Assembly: GCA_963666485.2 (NCBI GenBank)
Contig: CAXXUO010000001.1
Span: 960,001-1,024,000, forward strand
Direction of reading: 5' to 3'
DNA length: 64,000 nt
Source: Syntrophorhabdaceae bacterium
Lineage (GTDB): Bacteria; Desulfobacterota; Syntrophorhabdia; Syntrophorhabdales; Syntrophorhabdaceae
Of the stretch, positions 37,563 through 48,830 are shown one piece after another. Below the pieces are notes generated by a model. The model was not told the DNA's origin, searched no databases, and was given only the letters and a program-made list of their open reading frames with translations. A program made the translations under genes and the position numbers. Numbering within the stretch: position 1 is the first letter of the stretch; each line of letters begins with the position of its first letter.

Positions 37563-38240
37563 ATGATACCGTTAAAAGACAATATCCCGACCCGCACATT
37601 TCCCATTATAACCCTGGGGTTTATCTTTGTAAATATCATTATTTTCGTATGGCAGCACCTCATACTTCACGCTTCGGCCGGTGCATTGCTGTATACATAT
37701 TTCGGTCTCGTGCCGAAAGAATTCATCGCATCGTTCGTCACGCGGCACGACCTCCTTCCCTATAATGTCATGACGATCTTCACATCCATGTTCATCCACG
37801 GGGGGTTTCTCCATATTATCGGCAACATGCTCTACCTTTGGATATTCGGGAACAATATCGAGGATAGGCTCGGTCACACGGGTTTCTTCTTTTTTTACAT
37901 CGTATCGGGGATATGCGCCGCCCTCTTCCAGCTATTTTACGACCCGTCGTCCGAAGTGCCCATGATAGGGGCGAGCGGGGCGGTCTCCGGGATACTCGGC
38001 GCGTACCTCGTCTGTTACCCGTATGCCCGCATCAAAACCCTCCTTATCATCATTATATTCATTAAGATCGTCGATATCCCGGCCGTGCTGCTCCTGACCG
38101 CCTGGTTCTTCATGCAGTTCCTCTACGCCAATGTGGACGGCATAGCATGGTACGCGCATGTCGGCGGCTTCATCTTCGGCCTCGTGTTCGCTTTTCTTTT
38201 CCTGGCAGGCAGGCAAAGCAAGAAAGCGGTAAGGGCCTGA
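37563..38240 (+). CDS. Rhomboid family intramembrane serine protease
   Basis: HIIGNMLYLWIFG, GASGAVSG, AHVGG. Confidence 0.93.
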   Translation: MIPLKDNIPTRTFPIITLGFIFVNIIIFVWQHLILHASAGALLYTYFGLVPKEFIASFVTRHDLLPYNVMTIFTSMFIHGGFLHIIGNMLYLWIFGNNIEDRLGHTGFFFFYIVSGICAALFQLFYDPSSEVPMIGASGAVSGILGAYLVCYPYARIKTLLIIIIFIKIVDIPAVLLLTAWFFMQFLYANVDGIAWYAHVGGFIFGLVFAFLFLAGRQSKKAVRA

Positions 38241-38244
38241 TCCG

Positions 38245-39564
38245 ATGGGTGTCCCGCGCGTTCTTGCCGTCAATCCCTACATGTATGATTTCGCCGCCTA
38301 CAATTTCTGGTCGAGCCCGCTCGGCCTTCTCTCTATATCGTCAATATTAAGACAGAATGGGTTTCACGTCGAGGTCATCGATTGCCTGACGGTAAACGAA
38401 GGCAAGCGAAAACCCGATGGCCGGGGCCCATTTGTCAAGGAGAAGGTCCCGAAACCCGAGGCCCTCCGGCATGTCTCGAAACCGTTCAGGAGATACGGCA
38501 TGTCACCCGGTGAATTTGAACGCATCCTTGCCGGGCGCGAAGAGCCCGATCTGGTGCTCATCACGTCTATAATGACGTACTGGTACACGGGGGCGGCGGA
38601 GGTTTCCCGGATGGTCCGCCGGACCTTCCCCCGGGCGAAGATAGTCGTCGGAGGGATATACCCCACGCTCTGCTATAACGAGGCCGTCTCGAATTTCCCC
38701 GAGGCCGACCTCATTGTCCCGTCGACTGATATCGGGTTGTTTTACCGGTTCATCGAGGAGGAGTTGGGGTATCCCCTGTCGTTTAAGCCTTTATTCGATG
38801 ATCTCGACATATTGCCCTATCCTGCGCATGACCTCCTCGGGAGCATCCCTTTCGTGCCCCTTTTGACATCGCTTGGCTGCGCATTTCGCTGCACGTATTG
38901 CGCAACGTCCTACATGTGGGGGAAAATGGTGCGCCGCAGCCCGGCGTCGGTACTGAGCGAGATCATTCACTGGCATGACAGGGGGGTCGACAGGTTTGTC
39001 ATCTATGATGACAGCTTCTTGTACGCGAGTGAGAATTTTGCAAAACCTCTTTTAGCAAAAATCTCCGGGCTGTCTTTCCCTGTCCGCATCTACAATCCCA
39101 ATGCGGTGAATGCCGCATTTATCGACAGCGAGATAGCGGAACTCTTCGTCGGGGCCGGGTTTCGCGAGGTGCGTATCGGCCTCGAATCGATCGATCCCCT
39201 CGTACAATCATCAACGGGCGGCAAGGTGACGGGCGCCATTTTCGAGCGCGCCGTACAGTGTCTCAAAGAGGCCGGGTACAGCCGGAGCCAGATCATGGTC
39301 TATATCCTTGCCGGCCTGCCCCGCCAATCATGGCGTGATGTCGGGGCGGCGATAGACTATGTCAGGTCCCTCGGTGTAACGCCGTATATCGCCGAATACA
39401 CGCCCATCCCCCACACCCCCATGTTCGACCAGTTCAAAGACATCGCCAGGTTCCCCGTCGACGAGGACGCCATCTATCAGAACAACGCGATCTTTCCATA
39501 CGCATGGGAGGGCTTTACAGAAGACGACCTGAACCGGCTGAAACGGTACGCGAAAGAAAAATAG
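38245..39564 (+). CDS. B12-binding radical SAM protein
   Basis: VVGGIYPT, SLGCAFRCTYC. Confidence 0.88.
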   Translation: MGVPRVLAVNPYMYDFAAYNFWSSPLGLLSISSILRQNGFHVEVIDCLTVNEGKRKPDGRGPFVKEKVPKPEALRHVSKPFRRYGMSPGEFERILAGREEPDLVLITSIMTYWYTGAAEVSRMVRRTFPRAKIVVGGIYPTLCYNEAVSNFPEADLIVPSTDIGLFYRFIEEELGYPLSFKPLFDDLDILPYPAHDLLGSIPFVPLLTSLGCAFRCTYCATSYMWGKMVRRSPASVLSEIIHWHDRGVDRFVIYDDSFLYASENFAKPLLAKISGLSFPVRIYNPNAVNAAFIDSEIAELFVGAGFREVRIGLESIDPLVQSSTGGKVTGAIFERAVQCLKEAGYSRSQIMVYILAGLPRQSWRDVGAAIDYVRSLGVTPYIAEYTPIPHTPMFDQFKDIARFPVDEDAIYQNNAIFPYAWEGFTEDDLNRLKRYAKEK

Positions 39565-39597
39565 CTTCAAGCTCCGGGAAAAGGCATTATGAGGCGC

Positions 39598-39633
39598 AAA
39601 AAAACAGGCTGAGACAAATCTTGTCTCAGCCTG
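39598..39633 (-). terminator. Rho-independent terminator between convergent genes
   Basis: 13-bp perfect stem CAGGCTGAGACAA/TTGTCTCAGCCTG with an A7 tract on its left. Confidence 0.8.
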
Positions 39634-39670
39634 AACGTTGAACCCGGAACTTTGAACCTTGAACCGTTTT

Positions 39671-40153
39671 TTACGACAGATATCTGTGGAGTTTCTGGTA
39701 ACTCGGGAAATCGCCGTCAATGAAGTCGGCGCCCAGCTCCTTGTTTGAATCGCCGCCTTCTACTATTCTCTTGATGGCACACCGCATTTTAACGGGCGCC
39801 TTCTCGTTCGGTATGCTGAAGATAGTATCGAATTCGGCGTCGTTGACCACTTCATAGTCCTGCGGTATGGATATCCTCAGGCCCCCGAGCGAAATGCTGA
39901 TGACAATGCCCGTCTGAAGGGTCGATTCCTTTGCTTCCTGTTTGTAGACGAAAGCCGGCAACGATACGTCTTTACGGTGATACCGCCTTCTCTCTTTTTT
40001 TGTTCCCTTAAGTTCTACTTTGTCCTTGATCTGGCCGTGAAGCATGTTTTCGATGATCGACGAAAGTGATCTACGTTCCACCTCCGCTATCTTTTCGAGA
40101 GTATGCTTCAATTCTTCGTTGGTCCTGAAACAAATTGTTACATCTTTTTTCAT
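39671..40153 (-). CDS. Ribbon-helix-helix + PilZ domain protein
   Basis: N-term TICFRTNEELKHTLEKIAEVERRSLSSIIE; PilZ RRYHR and SISLGG. Confidence 0.75.
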   Translation of the reverse strand: MKKDVTICFRTNEELKHTLEKIAEVERRSLSSIIENMLHGQIKDKVELKGTKKERRRYHRKDVSLPAFVYKQEAKESTLQTGIVISISLGGLRISIPQDYEVVNDAEFDTIFSIPNEKAPVKMRCAIKRIVEGGDSNKELGADFIDGDFPSYQKLHRYLS

Positions 40154-40381
40154 GTATCCCCCTTGAAACTGTTTCTATCGCACACTATTGCGATACAAGA
40201 GTATAACATATAAGTTTCATATTGAAAAGCGGCGCTTATGGATGCCTGACCTATGATTACCTGAATTTATGCGGTATTACGCGGCCCAGCACCCGGGACA
40301 TATCGTGCATTTCTCGTGTGAAAACGCGCGTATTACCGACCGTTGGGTGATACTCCGGCCCGCGAATTGTGGTATACTTAA

Positions 40382-41482
<1,101 letters not shown>

Positions 41483-42049
41483 ATGAAAGCCTTCGCTGCG
41501 GCCATCGCCGTACTCATCGTCCTTGCGCTCCTTTTCGTCCGGGCCCCCGTGTACCTCGTTTATTCTGAAAAGCCGCAGAAAGCCGAGGCGGTCATCCTGT
41601 TCCTCGGCAACGAATACAAGGAAAGACGGGCCGAGGCGGTCCGTCTCATTCGTGACGGATATGCGGATTACCTGCTCATCCCGGCCTATGGCAGGCTTGT
41701 AAAGGCGCCCGGGCTCGATCGATCATCCCGCAACGGTATCCCCTCCCGGCCCGCCCATTACCCGGTCGTATATGAAGATACCCATATCGAGGTCCTCGAG
41801 GCGAAAAAGCTTATGGACAGGAACGGCCTGACGTCGGCCATCTTTGTCAGTTCGCCTTACCACATGAGGCGCATCAGGCTCATTGCCGGCAGGGTTTTTA
41901 CGGGCGGTGACTACCGAATGACATTTGTCCCGACGCGTTTCGAAAAACAGGTAGAGAGCCTCTGGTTTTTTAATGGGCCCGCCATTCGGAAGGTCGTCGG
42001 AGAATACAGCAAGATCGCGTGGTTCTTTTTATATCGATGGTTTAAATAA
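41483..42049 (+). CDS. YdcF/DUF218 family protein
   Basis: VSSPYHMRR motif; N-terminal TM segment. Confidence 0.8.
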   Translation: MKAFAAAIAVLIVLALLFVRAPVYLVYSEKPQKAEAVILFLGNEYKERRAEAVRLIRDGYADYLLIPAYGRLVKAPGLDRSSRNGIPSRPAHYPVVYEDTHIEVLEAKKLMDRNGLTSAIFVSSPYHMRRIRLIAGRVFTGGDYRMTFVPTRFEKQVESLWFFNGPAIRKVVGEYSKIAWFFLYRWFK

Positions 42050-42425
42050 AGGCCGTAAGACGTCAGTCGTAAGGCGCAGTGAGTTTAAACCGGAAACATC
42101 TGATGCGCCAAAATATATGCAGCAAAAAAGACCGAACATATCGGTCTTTTTTGTTACGTCTTGTAGTTTTTTTCTACCGCGGCGGAGGCCAACACCTTAG
42201 TACCAAGGGCAGGGAAAGGATGGTCGATGCCGACCTCCGTCGGGGTATCTTGAGTAGTCGCTTATGTATGAGGGGGTTGCCCCCACTGTCTGCTGATTTC
42301 CGGGAAATGGCTTGAATTCACTTTAGCCGCTGCTCTCATTTCCCCCTTCTCCCCGTCATCATCCCGGATCTTCAGATACATACAAGCAACTATTATTTAT
42401 ATAAGGAAATCTGCTTCCGTTCCTT

Positions 42426-43211
42426 TTACTGTAAATCCCATCCCGATACGGAAAACGGGCTGGATGCAGTAGCTGCCGGCCTTTCCTTCGCATGCCGCAT
42501 TCTATACCAGATCATGCCTGCCCCGACGACACCGACGACAAGAATGATCTGGACCGAGTACCGGGTGAACGCTCCCGGCGCGTGCATCATCCTCAGGGTA
42601 AAGGGGTCGGCAAGGATCATCTCTGCCGCGACCTTTCCGAGGATGCCCGAGCCTATATACGTAATGACCGGGAACCGGCCCATGAGCCTCGATATCAGCC
42701 CGCTGCCGAAAGCAACGATCGGCAGGCTCAGGGCAAGGCCCAGAAAAAGAAGTGCCGGGTTGCCCTTGCTCGCCCCTGCAACTGCGATCACGTTGTCGCC
42801 GCTCATGGCAAGGTCTGCAAGCACCATCATGCCGATCACTTTCCAGAATCCGCCGGACGCCGCCTTCTCCTCCTGTTCCGGACCGTTGTCCAAGAGCAGT
42901 TTGACAGCGATACCCAGTATTAAGGCGCCGCCTATAAGCTTCATGTACGGTACCGCAAGAAGCATGGCCGCGCAGTAGGTCAAAAGGACCCGGACGAGTA
43001 TTGCCGCGATCGTACCGAAGACGATCCCCTGGATCCGCCTTTTTTGCGAAAGGGAACGGGTGGCGAGGGCAATGACAATGGCGTTATCGCCCGACAGGAT
43101 GAGATTGGCCATGATGACTGTGCAAAAGTCGACAATGAACCCGCCGCTCAAGTATGCACCGATGAAATCGGCTGCGCCTGTTATGTTTGCTGCGGCTAAA
43201 AACCCGGCCAT
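42426..43211 (-). CDS. TerC/YjbE family membrane protein
   Basis: LILSGDNAIVIALA, ADLAMSGDNVIAVAGA; start at ATG 43211 after AGAGGAGG. Confidence 0.9.
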   Translation of the reverse strand: MAGFLAAANITGAADFIGAYLSGGFIVDFCTVIMANLILSGDNAIVIALATRSLSQKRRIQGIVFGTIAAILVRVLLTYCAAMLLAVPYMKLIGGALILGIAVKLLLDNGPEQEEKAASGGFWKVIGMMVLADLAMSGDNVIAVAGASKGNPALLFLGLALSLPIVAFGSGLISRLMGRFPVITYIGSGILGKVAAEMILADPFTLRMMHAPGAFTRYSVQIILVVGVVGAGMIWYRMRHAKERPAATASSPFSVSGWDLQ

Positions 43212-43453
43212 CGTGACCCATCCTCCTCTTGTGCTTGTATCTAATATAGCCGGTTCGCCTGAAGCAGGAAATCGGGATTTCCCTGAATTAGAGGGGGGAA
43301 ATCCCTGATATGGGGGGAGGCTAAAGGCTAAAGGCAAAAGGCTAAAGGTATTCAGAGGGAACGACGTGATGATCCTAACCATATGTATTTATTCGTGATT
43401 ATAGTTTGAATCCTTCGAATTAGTTAGAGTTGCGATGAAAAACGGAAATGTTT

Positions 43454-43537
43454 TTTAGCCTTTAGCCTTTAGCCTTTAGCCTTTAGCCTTTAGCCTTTAG
43501 CCTTTAGCCTTTAGCCTTTAGCCTTTAGCCTTTAGCC
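43454..43537. repeat. Heptamer tandem repeat (TTTAGCC)12
   Basis: 12 perfect units abutting the stop codon of the response regulator. Confidence 0.97.
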
Positions 43538-44185
43538 TTACAAAGACGTCAACCCTTCCCTGATAGCATATTTGGTAAGTTCCGCCACGGTGCGGATCTC
43601 CAGCTTATCCATGATCTGCTGTCGGTGGGTTTCGACCGTCTTCACGCTGAGGTTCAGTGTGGCGGCTATCTGCTTCGTGCTTTTGCCCTCCGCAAGAAGC
43701 TGGAGGACCTCGCGTTCCCGGCCGGTAAGGACCGTGAATACGGTTGATTCACTTTTGGGGAGGTTATAGAGGTATTCCTTGACGACAATATCGGTTATCC
43801 GGGGACTCAAGTACGATTGGCCGGACATCACGGTGTGGACTGCGTTGACGAGCTCCTCAAAGGCGCTGTCCTTGAGAAGATAGCCGGAGGCGCCCGCTTT
43901 GAGCATTTCGAGCACAAACCTGCGGTCGGAATGCATGGAAAGCGCTATTATCTTTATCTCCTTGTTCTCCGAGATGATCTGGCGGGTCGCATCGATACCG
44001 TTCATTTCAGGCATGCCGATATCCATAATGATGACCTGGGGCGTCAGCTTGCGGGCGAGCTTTGTCACGCTCAGCCCGTCCTGGGCCTCGGCGGCCACTT
44101 CCATGTCGGGCTGCTTTTCAATGAGGGCCTTGAGGCCTTCGCGCATGATCTTGTGGTCGTCGGCAATGACTATCTTTGTTTTCAA
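43538..44185 (-). CDS. NarL/LuxR family response regulator
   Basis: IADDH, MDIGMP, LTGREREVLQLLAEGKSTKQIA. Confidence 0.95.
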   Translation of the reverse strand: MKTKIVIADDHKIMREGLKALIEKQPDMEVAAEAQDGLSVTKLARKLTPQVIIMDIGMPEMNGIDATRQIISENKEIKIIALSMHSDRRFVLEMLKAGASGYLLKDSAFEELVNAVHTVMSGQSYLSPRITDIVVKEYLYNLPKSESTVFTVLTGREREVLQLLAEGKSTKQIAATLNLSVKTVETHRQQIMDKLEIRTVAELTKYAIREGLTSL

Positions 44186-46257
44186 CGAATGCCTCCCTCG
44201 CGTTTAAGCGGTGCCTGCAGTATGATGCGCGTTCCCCTGCCTACACCTGAACGGACGTCCATGTGGCCGCCCAGGGAATGAAGCCTTTCCCGAATGCTGA
44301 ACAGGCCATAGCCGCGCGCTTCGGCCAGGTGGTAGCTTTTTTTCGATGCATTGAAGCCGGTTCCGTCATCCGCTACATGTATTGAGATATTATCCTCGAT
44401 ACGCCGTATCGTAAGCTTCACTTTTTTTGCTCCTGAATGTTTTACGACGTTGACGAGCAATTCTCGGACGGCGGTAAAGAGAACGACCCGTATATCATCG
44501 CTAATCGGTTTCGGCAGGTTGTCGCTTACGAATTCCCGGGCAATCGCGTTCTGCTCCTCGACCTGTTCCGTAAGCCATTCCAGCGCGGCCTCGAGACCGA
44601 GGTCGTACAGGATGGGCGGACTCAACTCGAACGTGAGCGTTCTTCCGTAATGAATGGCCTGCCCGATAAGCTCCCGTATTTCGTTTAACTCCCTCTGCGC
44701 GGATACATCTGAAATGGTGCTCTCTATCAATCCGAGCTTCATCTTTGCGGTGGCATGGAGTTGGCCGATATGGTCGTGCAGCAGGGAGGCAATTCTTCGT
44801 CTCTCGCGTTCCTCGGCCAGTGTCAATTCGGATGCAAGCGAGCGGAGCTGGGTTTGATATTGCTCAATTTTCTTTTCTGCCTGCTTGCTCTCTGTTATAT
44901 CTTCCACCGTACCTTCATAGTAGATCGTCTTACCCTCGGCGTCGCGGATGGCGCGCGCATTTTCCCTGACATGCATGACCGTTCCGTTCGAACCGATCCT
45001 CCATTTGGCCTCTAAGCCGCGGACGCGACCATCGCGTTCCAGCTTGTCCTTGATCTTCTTGCCGAGATACGTCGGCTCGCAGCTTTTTCTGAATGATTTG
45101 ACCGCGTAAAATTCATCAAACGATGAAAAGCCCATCATCCGTATCAGGGTGGGGTTTGCCATGAGGATCTTGCCCTCAGGGTTCGTGCGGTAAATGCCCA
45201 TCGGGGAATTCTCGAACAGGTTCTTATACCTCTCGGCGCCCCTCCTGAGCATCTCCTCAACCTGCTGGCGGCGCTTGAGCTCCTGCACAAGGCGCGAATT
45301 GGCCTTGAGGAGTTCGCTCGTCCGCTCGACGACCCGCCGCTCCAGTTCTTCCTTGGATTTTTGCAGGATGTTCTCCGCCATCTTGCGCTGGGTAATATCA
45401 TTATCAATCTGGAGAATGGCGACAGGGTTTCCCTTTTTATCTGTCCGCAATTTCCACTTGCTATCGACTATTATTTCGCCTCCGTCTTTTTTCCTGTGAA
45501 TCAGCTCGCCTTCCCATTTTCCGTCTGCAAGGAAGGACTTCGTGATGCTCGACAGGCTTTCAGGGTACTCCGTTCTCAGCAGCATTTCTATGGGGCGTCC
45601 CAGGGCCTCCTTGTTCGCATAGCCGAACTTCTGCTCGGCCCCCTTGTTCCAGAATATTATGCGGTCTTTCATATCCCGGACCATGATCGCATCCTCGGCT
45701 ATGTCGATGATCTCTGCCTGGTCACGGAGCGTTGCCGCCTGGCTTTCCAGTTCATGTTGGGCCCGCAGGCGTTCCGTCACGTCCCGGACATTTACCATGA
45801 TGAATTGCTCACCTTTATAACGGATAAGCGACGATGTGATCTCGACATCGGTCAGCGAACCATCCTTCCGCCGGTACTGGCGCAAACCCGAGACCGGTTC
45901 CGAATGGCGGAGAACGTGGGTGATGTTCTCGATAATGTCCCTTTCGTTCATCGCGATGATGTCCGGGAGGGTGACCCCGGTTATTTCCTTCTCCGTGTAC
46001 CCCATCATCTGCAGGAAACTGGTGTTGGCTTCGAGTAGTTTTAATGTCGTCGGGTTGAACAGGAAGACGCCATCCGAAGAATGACGCACGAGAAGCCTGT
46101 ATTTTGCCTCGCTATATTCCAGGGCTTTTTCGACGGACTTGAATTCCTCGATCGATGCTTCAAGAAGTGCGGCCGCCTGTTTGACGGCTTCCACCTTGTC
46201 GGCGAGGTCCATACCGACAGGCCGTTTTGCTGACTTGATCTTAGATTTTGTCTTCAT
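44182..46257 (-). CDS. PAS-domain sensor histidine kinase (HisKA_3 type)
   Basis: Three PAS-like segments; ERRRIASLLHDHIGQ; DDGTGF. Confidence 0.92.
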   Translation of the reverse strand: MKTKSKIKSAKRPVGMDLADKVEAVKQAAALLEASIEEFKSVEKALEYSEAKYRLLVRHSSDGVFLFNPTTLKLLEANTSFLQMMGYTEKEITGVTLPDIIAMNERDIIENITHVLRHSEPVSGLRQYRRKDGSLTDVEITSSLIRYKGEQFIMVNVRDVTERLRAQHELESQAATLRDQAEIIDIAEDAIMVRDMKDRIIFWNKGAEQKFGYANKEALGRPIEMLLRTEYPESLSSITKSFLADGKWEGELIHRKKDGGEIIVDSKWKLRTDKKGNPVAILQIDNDITQRKMAENILQKSKEELERRVVERTSELLKANSRLVQELKRRQQVEEMLRRGAERYKNLFENSPMGIYRTNPEGKILMANPTLIRMMGFSSFDEFYAVKSFRKSCEPTYLGKKIKDKLERDGRVRGLEAKWRIGSNGTVMHVRENARAIRDAEGKTIYYEGTVEDITESKQAEKKIEQYQTQLRSLASELTLAEERERRRIASLLHDHIGQLHATAKMKLGLIESTISDVSAQRELNEIRELIGQAIHYGRTLTFELSPPILYDLGLEAALEWLTEQVEEQNAIAREFVSDNLPKPISDDIRVVLFTAVRELLVNVVKHSGAKKVKLTIRRIEDNISIHVADDGTGFNASKKSYHLAEARGYGLFSIRERLHSLGGHMDVRSGVGRGTRIILQAPLKREGGIR

Positions 46258-46350
46258 AATATAGGGATACCTGGCGGGTCCTTTCCCGGGTTGCCTGCAG
46301 CCACGCCGTGCCGGGATTTCCCGGCCGGATGTTGCACGTGAAACATTTTC

Positions 46351-46833
46351 TCAGGCTTTTAGTTTCTTGGCCAGTGCCGCAACTCTCGCCCCGAGTTTCC
46401 GTGCATTTCCCAGTGTTTTATCGTCTGGTGTACCCGTACAGGATACACCGTAATGGCCGGTAGCATCAAGCGGGTCCCCCACGATGATCATGCCGTAAAT
46501 CATGAGGGCCTGGATGATCGAGAACATCGTTGTTTCCTTGCCGCCGGACTGATCGCCCGACGTAGTAAACGCGGCGCCTATCTTGTCGCCCATTTTCTGC
46601 CGTACCGTGACAAAGCGGTCAAAAACGTCCTTAAGTTGCGACGCCATACCGCCAAAATAGACCGGTGAACCCGCTATTACGCCTTCCGAATTAAGAAAAT
46701 CTTCCTTGGCGACCTCGTCCGTGCTTTTCAGGACCGCCTCAACACCACCGGCGGACCGCACACCCTCGGCGATGGCGTCGGCAAGTTTCTTCGTATTGCC
46801 CGATCGTGAAAAATAAAGTACCAGTACCTGCAT
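46351..46833 (-). CDS. Flavodoxin/WrbA family protein
   Basis: YFSRSGNTKKLA, GSPVYFG, GGKETT. Confidence 0.9.
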   Translation of the reverse strand: MQVLVLYFSRSGNTKKLADAIAEGVRSAGGVEAVLKSTDEVAKEDFLNSEGVIAGSPVYFGGMASQLKDVFDRFVTVRQKMGDKIGAAFTTSGDQSGGKETTMFSIIQALMIYGMIIVGDPLDATGHYGVSCTGTPDDKTLGNARKLGARVAALAKKLKA

Positions 46834-46896
46834 TCCTTCCTCCCTTGTTCAGTTCGCCGGTCTCAGGGAAAGGGACCCTTCCCCCCGAGACCCCGT

Positions 46897-47337
46897 TCAA
46901 GACTCGGTGAAGCGGCCGAGTAATGTTATGCGCGTGTTTCCGGCATTCCAGGTGTAGCTATACCTTTCTCCCGGGACCTGCTCGCCATTTCCATAGCGCT
47001 TCATGGCCTCGTCCTTCAAAAGCAGGTACTGCAGCATTGAATCTACCTTGAGGGTAACCAGCGCAAGGCGCCCGTTCTTGAACCCATACGCAATCCCGGC
47101 AAGTCTTGCCCGGCCAAAGTGTGCCGCAGCCAAAGGCTTTTCATAGAGCATATCGCCCGTCTCGTCCCGTCCCACATACGTCAGGGCACCCATCTGCTCC
47201 ATCGGCGTGCCCCACGCATAGCCGCTAAATCCCTCGGGTTCCCCCGGTTGCGCCATTGCGTCGCCGCCGATAATCCCGAAAATAACGACCAGAAAAATAC
47301 AAACGATCAACCGGTTTTTTAACTGCTTAACCTTCAT
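46897..47337 (-). CDS. Hypothetical exported protein
   Basis: Signal-peptide-like N-terminus from ATG 47337; overlaps hpt end. Confidence 0.6.
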   Translation of the reverse strand: MKVKQLKNRLIVCIFLVVIFGIIGGDAMAQPGEPEGFSGYAWGTPMEQMGALTYVGRDETGDMLYEKPLAAAHFGRARLAGIAYGFKNGRLALVTLKVDSMLQYLLLKDEAMKRYGNGEQVPGERYSYTWNAGNTRITLLGRFTES

Positions 47338-47854
47338 TTTCCTCCACCACCACGCAAATATCCGGACGATTCCTGTGGTACTCCGCGTAATCGATCCCAT
47401 AACCCACCACGAAACCGTCTTCAATTGTAAATCCGACATAATCCCCTTCGATCTGAACTTCCCGCCGGCACCTCTTGTCGATCAACGCACAGATCTTCAA
47501 GGCCTTCGGGTTGCGGGTAAGCAGCATTTCCTTGACCCTCGTCAGCGTCAGGCCGGAATCGATTATATCTTCGACGATTATGACGTTCTTGTTCTCAATG
47601 TCTTCCTCCAGGTCCTTAATGATCTCGACATTCCCCCGCGTTGTCATCTGGTTCCCGTACGAGGAGACACGCATGAAATCGATCCGGGACGGGTTTTTCA
47701 CCCGCCGAACCAGGTCGGACGTGAACATGAAGGATCCCTTGAGCAGGCACACGAAAAGGATCTCCTCCCCGTCCGGGAAATCATTCTCGATACGTCGACC
47801 GAGGTCCTTCACCGCGCTTGCGATATCCTGCTCCGAAAAAAGCGTCCTTAGCAT
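47327..47854 (-). CDS. hpt: Hypoxanthine phosphoribosyltransferase
   Basis: LLKGSFMF, VEDIIDSGLTL, FVVGYGIDY. Confidence 0.95.
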   Translation of the reverse strand: MLRTLFSEQDIASAVKDLGRRIENDFPDGEEILFVCLLKGSFMFTSDLVRRVKNPSRIDFMRVSSYGNQMTTRGNVEIIKDLEEDIENKNVIIVEDIIDSGLTLTRVKEMLLTRNPKALKICALIDKRCRREVQIEGDYVGFTIEDGFVVGYGIDYAEYHRNRPDICVVVEENEG

Positions 47855-47867
47855 GGCACCCCTTTCC

Positions 47868-48524
47868 TCACAGGGCATGGCGCAGAACGAGGATCTGCCC
47901 GAGCGAACCGATGTTGGCCCGCGTGACCTCGATCTCGTCGGACCCCGCCTCCTTAACGCCCGCCTTGCCGCTGGTAAACTCGCTTACAGGGGCAATGGGA
48001 AAATCACACTTCTCCGTCTTGAAGTGCATCGGGATCATAACGACAGGCCCGACATCGCTGGCGACCTTCGTTGCTTCTGCGGGATCGATCGTATAAAAAC
48101 CGCCCACAGGCGCGAGCAGTACGTCGACCCGACCTATTTTTTCCAGAACGTCTTTCTCCAGAACGTGACCTAAGTCCCCCAGATGGGCTATGCGCAGACC
48201 ATCCGCCTCTATGACGAAAATGATATTCTGTCCCCGCTCTTTTCCGCCTGACTGGTCATGGAAGGTGGGTATGCCCTGCACGAACACCCCCGCCTCCTTG
48301 TGATCGCCCGGCGTTTTGATCAATCTAAACTCTCCTTTAATGTCCCCCACATAATTATGATCATCGTGGTCATGGCTTGACAGCACGATGTCGGCCTCTT
48401 CCGCTATCTTCCCGTACGCAAGCGCTCCCCCGAATGCACCCGACTGATACGGGTCAATAATGATCCTCGTCCCGCTTTCCGTCCTTATAAGAAAGGCAGA
48501 ATGCCCGTACCATTTTATCTTCAT
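47868..48524 (-). CDS. MBL-fold metallo-hydrolase
   Basis: WYGHSAF, SHDHDDH, HLGDLG, IPMH. Confidence 0.9.
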   Translation of the reverse strand: MKIKWYGHSAFLIRTESGTRIIIDPYQSGAFGGALAYGKIAEEADIVLSSHDHDDHNYVGDIKGEFRLIKTPGDHKEAGVFVQGIPTFHDQSGGKERGQNIIFVIEADGLRIAHLGDLGHVLEKDVLEKIGRVDVLLAPVGGFYTIDPAEATKVASDVGPVVMIPMHFKTEKCDFPIAPVSEFTSGKAGVKEAGSDEIEVTRANIGSLGQILVLRHAL

Positions 48525-48830
48525 GCTGTCCTCCCTTTTTCCCTTGATATTACAACGAGTTTGCCTTACTGTCAAGGATGCCTCGGCCATCTTGCCTACC
48601 CGGCGCGCATCCCATCGCACCCACGTTGTGAACCCTCCATAATAACGGAGCATTGCGACTCGACCCTTGTATCCTGCGGATCTTTCGCGTAATCTATTTT
48701 ATACCTCGTCAGCCGTAAAACGGGAGACGTAAGAAGTTTAACAAACCTGGAGTCGCGAAACCTGTTTCAAAAAACGCTCTCTCACGTTTCATTTCTTCTA
48801 TTTTGGGATTCTTATCAAAAGGAGAACGAC

